Assembly: GCA_963714975.1 (NCBI GenBank)
Contig: CAVQQD010000002.1
Span: 1,088,001-1,152,000 of the forward strand
From: an uncultured Gammaproteobacteria bacterium
GTDB lineage: Bacteria; Pseudomonadota; Gammaproteobacteria; JAURND01
Direction: 5' to 3'
Length of the DNA: 64,000 nucleotides
Shown: piece after piece, positions 59,058 to 64,000 of the stretch
Position numbering within the stretch: the stretch's first letter is position 1
Layout: each line of letters opens with the position of its first letter
The notes under the pieces: model-generated
Seen by the model: only the letters and a program-made list of their open reading frames with translations
Told to the model about the DNA's origin: nothing
Database searches by the model: none
Made by a program: the position numbers and the translations under genes

Positions 59058-60110
59058 TCATTGGCGTAAAGTCCACCCACACAGCTTATACAACAACCGA
59101 GCACCCACATTAGCATCCCATTCTGCTGCAGGGTCCAGAGCTACTGGCGCCCCTGCAACGACTCTCCCCCCTAAAGAAACTTCATTCAAATCAAAACCTA
59201 TAATCGACCTGCCCGATTGACACACCATTTTGATTAACAATAAAGCCTCATAAAAATCTAAACCTCCAGGTACCGGCGTGCCAGTATGGGGGCAAAAACG
59301 TGGATCAAGGCCATCGATATCAAAGGAAACATAAACTTCCTCAGGCAGCTCTTGCACAATTTCTTCACACAATGCAGCCCAAGACCGCCCTTGTAATTTT
59401 TGCTCGGCCAATTGTGCATCGTAAAAACAACGAACCCGAGCTGCATGACTGCGAATAAACGCAAATTCCTCCTGACAAAAATCCCGAATCCCCACTTGCA
59501 CCAGCCGTGTCAACGGAGTTTGGGTTAAGACATTGTACATAATAGAAGCATGGGAATATTCAAACCCTTCAAATGCAGCGCGTAGATCGGCATGAGCATC
59601 AAAATGTAAAATCCCCATCTTGGGATAACGCTCTAAAAAAGCCCGCATTGCGCCAAAGGGCGTAGAATGATCACCTCCCACGATGCCTATTTTCCTACCC
59701 TCAGCCAAGAAACGTTTGCTCTCTTGATAAACAAAATCGTTTAACAGCGCGCTATAACGATTTACCGTAACGACGGCCTGTTGTAATTCAGCGGTATCCG
59801 CCGCCCCTCCCGCCGCAATAACTTGAGCAGCTGCCTTGCGCCCTTCTTCATTCCATAAACGGACTTGCGGGGATTCCTCCGTCATTGCAATGCCTCGCTG
59901 ATAGAAAGATCCAAGCTCTAAGTCAAATAAATCTATCTGCTTACTGGCATTTAAAATGGCACGTGGCGCACCCGCCGTACCTGCGCCATAGGAAGTGGTA
60001 ACCTCCCAAGGAACAGGTAATAAAACCAATTCAGCCTCTTCAGTTCGAAAAGGAAGCCCAAATATTCCAGACTCTGCAGCCGCCGCCGCATTGGGATCAA
60101 AACTTGTCAT
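59058..60110 (-). CDS. speB: Agmatinase / ureohydrolase family
   Basis: GGDHS, HFDAHADLR, SFDIDGLDP, TGTPVPGG and DLNEV. Confidence 0.85.
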   Translation of the reverse strand: MTSFDPNAAAAAESGIFGLPFRTEEAELVLLPVPWEVTTSYGAGTAGAPRAILNASKQIDLFDLELGSFYQRGIAMTEESPQVRLWNEEGRKAAAQVIAAGGAADTAELQQAVVTVNRYSALLNDFVYQESKRFLAEGRKIGIVGGDHSTPFGAMRAFLERYPKMGILHFDAHADLRAAFEGFEYSHASIMYNVLTQTPLTRLVQVGIRDFCQEEFAFIRSHAARVRCFYDAQLAEQKLQGRSWAALCEEIVQELPEEVYVSFDIDGLDPRFCPHTGTPVPGGLDFYEALLLIKMVCQSGRSIIGFDLNEVSLGGRVVAGAPVALDPAAEWDANVGARLLYKLCGWTLRQ

Positions 60111-60243
60111 TGTGTAGCATAACCTTATGTGTTTATTAAATATGCATAAAAGTTTATCTTTTTATAGTTAAATTTCTTGACTCTAACGGCGATCCAACAA
60201 ATAATAGCATTAGCTTAATACCCCAACGTGTGGGAGCTTAGTT

Positions 60244-61341
60244 ATGGCTGAAGTAAAACTTTTTAAAGCAGTATTCGATACTCTCAAAAAAATTGTCGAC
60301 ACAGCCGATGATATCTGGATGTCTATGAGAAAAGCCGCCCTTTTCTCCAAAATAGAAACCGGAAAATTTCATCGCATCAGCTCTGTTCTAATAGGTAGCT
60401 TAGGTTTCACAGTTCACTTCCTTGAGGCATTTTTTGCGGTCGATGATCTCCGCGAAACCTATCAATCTTTAAATGATAAGAACCAAAGTGAAGATCGAAG
60501 TAAACCTCGTAAAGGCCAACTCAAATCACGCATTCTGGTAAGCAGCCTCACTATTTTGCTCGCAATGGCAGGTATGGCTCTCAGCGCCATGCTAATTGCC
60601 AGTGCTAAGGGAGCGGTCATACCTTTTACCGGCCTTTATCCTTTTCTGATTTCTGGATTGCTCTTTGCCATGTACTCGATGGCATTGGTACGAAAAGGAT
60701 ATTCTTATAGTGAATTTTCTCAACAGTACCAAGCTTCAAGTGTTGAAGTTCAGAAAAAGCAATTACGCGAAGCTAAATATGAATTCGGCTTTGGCTTCCT
60801 TGAAGTCGCTTTTTCCGGTGTGGGCTTGTTTGGTCTTGCCATGACCATCGAAGACTATTTTCGCGTCGCTAACATTCCCTTTGCAGAAAATGCAATCTGG
60901 TTTTTAGTAGCTGGTGCTGCTGCTGGCCTCCTAAATAAGGCGATAGAAGCCGTCTTTAAAGAGCATGATTATTCTCCAGCTAAGGTGTGGGATTATATTA
61001 AAAATCTTATTCGTTGTGGAAATGCTCCAGGGCCAGCGCGGAATGCACATACTAATTCGGATAATCTAACGGACAATGATTCTTCTATTCCGAAGAGTCC
61101 AAGTGGCTCATTTGATTTAATTAGTGGTACCTTATTAAATCAGCAAGCACTTCAATCTACTGCTACAGCCACTGACCTAAACCAAAGCCAAACTATACCC
61201 CCTACACCATCTGCTTTTGCGAGTCCGATAACTTATTTTTTCCCACCGAACCCATCCCAAACAGGTAATAATCTCCCTCTACCAAATGGAAACATTACTA
61301 GCGGATCACCCACTCTAACCTCAGAGCCTGCCACAAGCTAA
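60244..61341 (+). CDS. Hypothetical multi-TM protein with Ser/Thr/Pro-rich tail (effector-like)
   Basis: 365-aa ORF with GGAG RBS, ~5 hydrophobic helices and a low-complexity C-terminus. Confidence 0.7.
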   Translation: MAEVKLFKAVFDTLKKIVDTADDIWMSMRKAALFSKIETGKFHRISSVLIGSLGFTVHFLEAFFAVDDLRETYQSLNDKNQSEDRSKPRKGQLKSRILVSSLTILLAMAGMALSAMLIASAKGAVIPFTGLYPFLISGLLFAMYSMALVRKGYSYSEFSQQYQASSVEVQKKQLREAKYEFGFGFLEVAFSGVGLFGLAMTIEDYFRVANIPFAENAIWFLVAGAAAGLLNKAIEAVFKEHDYSPAKVWDYIKNLIRCGNAPGPARNAHTNSDNLTDNDSSIPKSPSGSFDLISGTLLNQQALQSTATATDLNQSQTIPPTPSAFASPITYFFPPNPSQTGNNLPLPNGNITSGSPTLTSEPATS

Positions 61342-61721
61342 ACCACCTCAGCTACAAATTTTTCCAGCACCAGGCTGATATTTTCCACAGTTAAAGGTTT
61401 AGCAATAAACTCATCCACTCCGACATCAACACTGCTCATGCGCACATCATCATCAGCCAAGGCTGTCAAGGCAATGATGGGAGTTTTGTGCTCAGTTTCT
61501 CGTTCACGAATAATTTCTGCGACTGTTAAACCATCAATATCAGGCAAACCTAAATCAAGCAAGACCAGCCAATAACGATTAGAATCAAATAATTCCAAAG
61601 CCCGGGCACCATTTTCTGCGATGTCCACTTGGCAATTTAATTGCTGTAAAATAGCAATTGCTGCTTCTTGGGCCACTTTCTCATCTTCTACCAATAAAAT
61701 TTTGAAGTTGATATTTTCCAT
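61338..61721 (-). CDS. Single-domain response regulator (REC)
   Basis: ILLVEDE, LLDLGLPDIDG, IIALTA and AKP; ATG 61721 after GGAG. Confidence 0.9.
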   Translation of the reverse strand: MENINFKILLVEDEKVAQEAAIAILQQLNCQVDIAENGARALELFDSNRYWLVLLDLGLPDIDGLTVAEIIRERETEHKTPIIALTALADDDVRMSSVDVGVDEFIAKPLTVENISLVLEKFVAEVV

Positions 61722-61959
61722 AGATTTTACTCTCCAGTTCAATATGTAAACTGCGCCCGTTTCATGACTCTACGGGCTTAATAATCTCCCAATCAGGGAG
61801 GCAGCAGTATAACTTCTGTACAAAAATATACAAGCTCAAAAGAAGCAAATCGGCAGTATTCCTTCTCCCCTAGCGGAAATTGGGAAGCGCAAAAAAAACC
61901 TTCCAAAAAATATAAAAAACAAGTATAATTCAGCCTTAAATATAACTTATTGAGATATT

Positions 61960-62622
61960 ATGAAACCATTAACGAAAACATTAGCTTTTATTGGCGGCGC
62001 CTTAGGTATTGCAGCTTTAGGGGGTGCTTCAGCTTTGGGCGTGCAGTCTTTATTGGCTCAAAAGACCGAAATTCAGGCTCCCTTACCGGTGCCTGCTGCC
62101 CCAGTAACTCAAGTAGCTCAGGCTCCCCTGCCCACCACCCCAGTGGCGCAAGTGGAAGTGGCTCAGGCGCCAGCGCCAATTCCTCCTCCAGCACCACTAC
62201 CCGCTGTACCGGTTGCTCACATAGTGAACGTTAAACCGTACTACATCACGGTGAAAAACCCCGTGCGGGAATGCTATCGTGAAAGACATGTCTTCTATGC
62301 ACAATCCCAACCCAATGTTCCTGGGGCAGGAGCGGTATTGGGAGGTATTGCGGGAGGATTAGCAGGCTCTGCTATCCATGGTAAAAATCATACCGCAGCG
62401 GTGATTGCGGGTACTGCTATTGGTGCCGTAAGCGGGAATGCAATGCAACAAAACATGAACCAGCCCATCCCCCAATATGCCTATACTCGCCATTGCGAGA
62501 CCCATTATGTCTCGTCGAAGGTGAAGCAAGGCTACGAGGTCACCTATTTTTATAATGGGCAACAAGGAACTTTGCTGATGGCAAATCCACCCATCGGAAA
62601 CACAATCCCTGCGCCTTATTAA
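61960..62622 (+). CDS. Glycine-zipper (YcfJ-like) protein with Pro/Ala-rich linker
   Basis: RECY..., GAVLGGIAGGLAGSAIHG..IAGTAIGAVSG, RHCET and GYEVTYFYNG. Confidence 0.8.
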   Translation: MKPLTKTLAFIGGALGIAALGGASALGVQSLLAQKTEIQAPLPVPAAPVTQVAQAPLPTTPVAQVEVAQAPAPIPPPAPLPAVPVAHIVNVKPYYITVKNPVRECYRERHVFYAQSQPNVPGAGAVLGGIAGGLAGSAIHGKNHTAAVIAGTAIGAVSGNAMQQNMNQPIPQYAYTRHCETHYVSSKVKQGYEVTYFYNGQQGTLLMANPPIGNTIPAPY

Positions 62623-62669
62623 TCAGCGGCTGTCCTTCTCCCTCAAAGTTAAGGCTGTCTCCTTTAATG

Positions 62670-63443
62670 CTAGCTACTATGCCCCTTTTTTCCATTTGTT
62701 TCCAAGCCTAATCGAGCCTGCAGGACTCTATCATAATGAGTACTCGCCCCTTTAGTAGTACGGAAATAATCCCTAACACCCCAAACTAGCAACGCCAGCG
62801 CCACTACCACCCCAACCAGCCCATAAATTCCCTCTGCGGTCTTAAATCCTGCTGAGGGTGAATTAGCATCCCAAATGCGATTACTGAGAAAAAAATTAGC
62901 AGCCTCAGTTCCATGCTGAAGATCATAAAGGTAGGTGCCTAATAAGCTAAAACCAAGTGAAGTCACCATTGCCAGCAAGGCGCCCAAAGCCACGGTTCTC
63001 TTTGGGTGCTTGTGCTTTTTAGCATACTCTTCAGCCGCTATAAAAAATCTTGACCCACAAGTGGGAGTGATAGGCAATTGCTCGGTAACTTCGGAGGATT
63101 CATGTTCCTCTCCATAGTCTTCATCTAAGAGCTCATCTAGTTGGCGGATCATAGGGTCAAAGGCATCATATAAATTCGAAAGAGCCTCAGGACGAATTTC
63201 ATCAGGTTGATATAATTTAGCTACGGCATCACAAAATTGCCGTGCCAACTTTTCTGAAACAAGATCCTTTTCACTGTCAGTATTTTGCTCTAAAGCATTA
63301 TAAAGCTGTTGTACTATTTTGATCTTGGGGTTAGAAAATTTACCTGGCGCAATCTGTTTATAGAGTTCTTTTACCAACGCGTACTTTATAGTTTTTTCGT
63401 CAGAAAGAACCATAAAAGATTCAGATCGGTCTTCCATATCCAT
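62670..63443 (-). CDS. Hypothetical protein with two C-terminal TM helices (paralog 1)
   Basis: GGAGG RBS; shares CGSRFF and LLGTYLYDL.HGTEA.NFF..RIWDA.SP with the neighbouring gene. Confidence 0.75.
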   Translation of the reverse strand: MDMEDRSESFMVLSDEKTIKYALVKELYKQIAPGKFSNPKIKIVQQLYNALEQNTDSEKDLVSEKLARQFCDAVAKLYQPDEIRPEALSNLYDAFDPMIRQLDELLDEDYGEEHESSEVTEQLPITPTCGSRFFIAAEEYAKKHKHPKRTVALGALLAMVTSLGFSLLGTYLYDLQHGTEAANFFLSNRIWDANSPSAGFKTAEGIYGLVGVVVALALLVWGVRDYFRTTKGASTHYDRVLQARLGLETNGKKGHSS

Positions 63444-63519
63444 AACTGCCTCCCCTAAAACCAGACGGTAAGAAGCAGTATATTAGCAGATAATTCTTAA
63501 TTAGGGTCTGTCCTTCAAG

Positions 63520-63609
63520 TTATCCGATGCACACAACTTTATTGGATAACAGAGCAGCCTTCTCTGTGGCCCATCCCACAAAAACATGTGGAAATATTGC
63601 ATCGGATAG
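63520..63609. repeat. MITE-like element family D
   Basis: TTATCCGATGCACACAACTT...TGCATCGGATAG, near-identical to 14224-14301. Confidence 0.8.
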
Positions 63610-63627
63610 GTCCTTAGAGACGGGATC

Positions 63628-64000
63628 TTAGCGACGTGTTCCATCTAAGCTGTTAAACATGGCCGAAGAACCTATCTGGGTATCTGGGCCATGGTTTTTT
63701 GCCCTTAAATGAGCTTTAATAGCCCATACTAACAACAGTAGTCCCAAGATCCCAACACCAACTGAACCATAAATTCCTTCTATGGTTTTAATTTTTTCCT
63801 GTGGAGAAGTGGCATCCCAAATGCGGTGGTTGAAGAAAAAATTAGAGGCCTCCGTTCCATGCCGAAGATCATAAAGATAGGTGCCCAATAGCGGAACTCC
63901 CATTGCCACACCTAAGAGGCCCAAAATGCCAAAAGCTTTCGTGACCTTAGGATAGTTTTTAGGAAATTCTTTGACGGGTGTAAAAAATCTTGACCCACAG
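63628..64000 (-). CDS. Hypothetical 2-TM protein (paralog 2; 5' end beyond the window)
   Basis: The frame stays open to the window edge (CGSRFFTPVKEFPKNYPK...) and aligns with 62670-63443. Confidence 0.75.
   Translation of the reverse strand, partial: CGSRFFTPVKEFPKNYPKVTKAFGILGLLGVAMGVPLLGTYLYDLRHGTEASNFFFNHRIWDATSPQEKIKTIEGIYGSVGVGILGLLLLVWAIKAHLRAKNHGPDTQIGSSAMFNSLDGTRR

Noticed and set aside
1375-63117. Numerous 60-155 aa antisense or alternative-frame ORFs within housekeeping genes
   Set aside because: Shadow ORFs of well-supported genes with no independent RBS or motif evidence.

Overview
Chromosomal window from a gammaproteobacterium. Gene content and eukaryote-like effector candidates suggest a Legionellales/Coxiellaceae-like host-associated lineage (inference). 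Core blocks: ribD'-lpxA-fabZ-lpxD-skp-bamA-dxr-cdsA-uppS-frr-pyrH-tsf-rpsB (minus), map, lolCE/lolD, tRNA-Cys/Leu, fumC, ffs-dnaX-ybaB-recR-ygfZ, lysS, prfB (programmed frameshift), grpE-dnaK-dnaJ, ccmABCDEF and speB. Accessory content: a HipA-type TA pair, two AAA ATPases, a eukaryote-like Ser/Thr kinase, an ankyrin protein, orphan membrane proteins, a bufferin-like Cys-rich peptide near DoxX, and a formyltransferase plus two-module NRPS (predicted formyl-D-Thr-Phe) whose stop overlaps the start of a cytoplasmic PAS hybrid histidine kinase. The most striking features are four. (1) This possible signal-synthase/sensor pair. (2) More than 20 copies of several modular palindromic (REP/RPE/MITE-like) repeat families, which have entered reading frames (CcmF, DnaX, LysS, NRPS), supply stop codons or ribosome-binding sites, split the NRPS and sit at rearrangement junctions. 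(3) A tandem duplication of ffs-dnaX-ybaB-recR resolved by reciprocal deletions, leaving two SRP RNAs and an in-frame 90-aa mini-DnaX with mostly synonymous divergence. (4) lysS inverted relative to prfB. All calls come from reading motifs by eye; no database searches were run.
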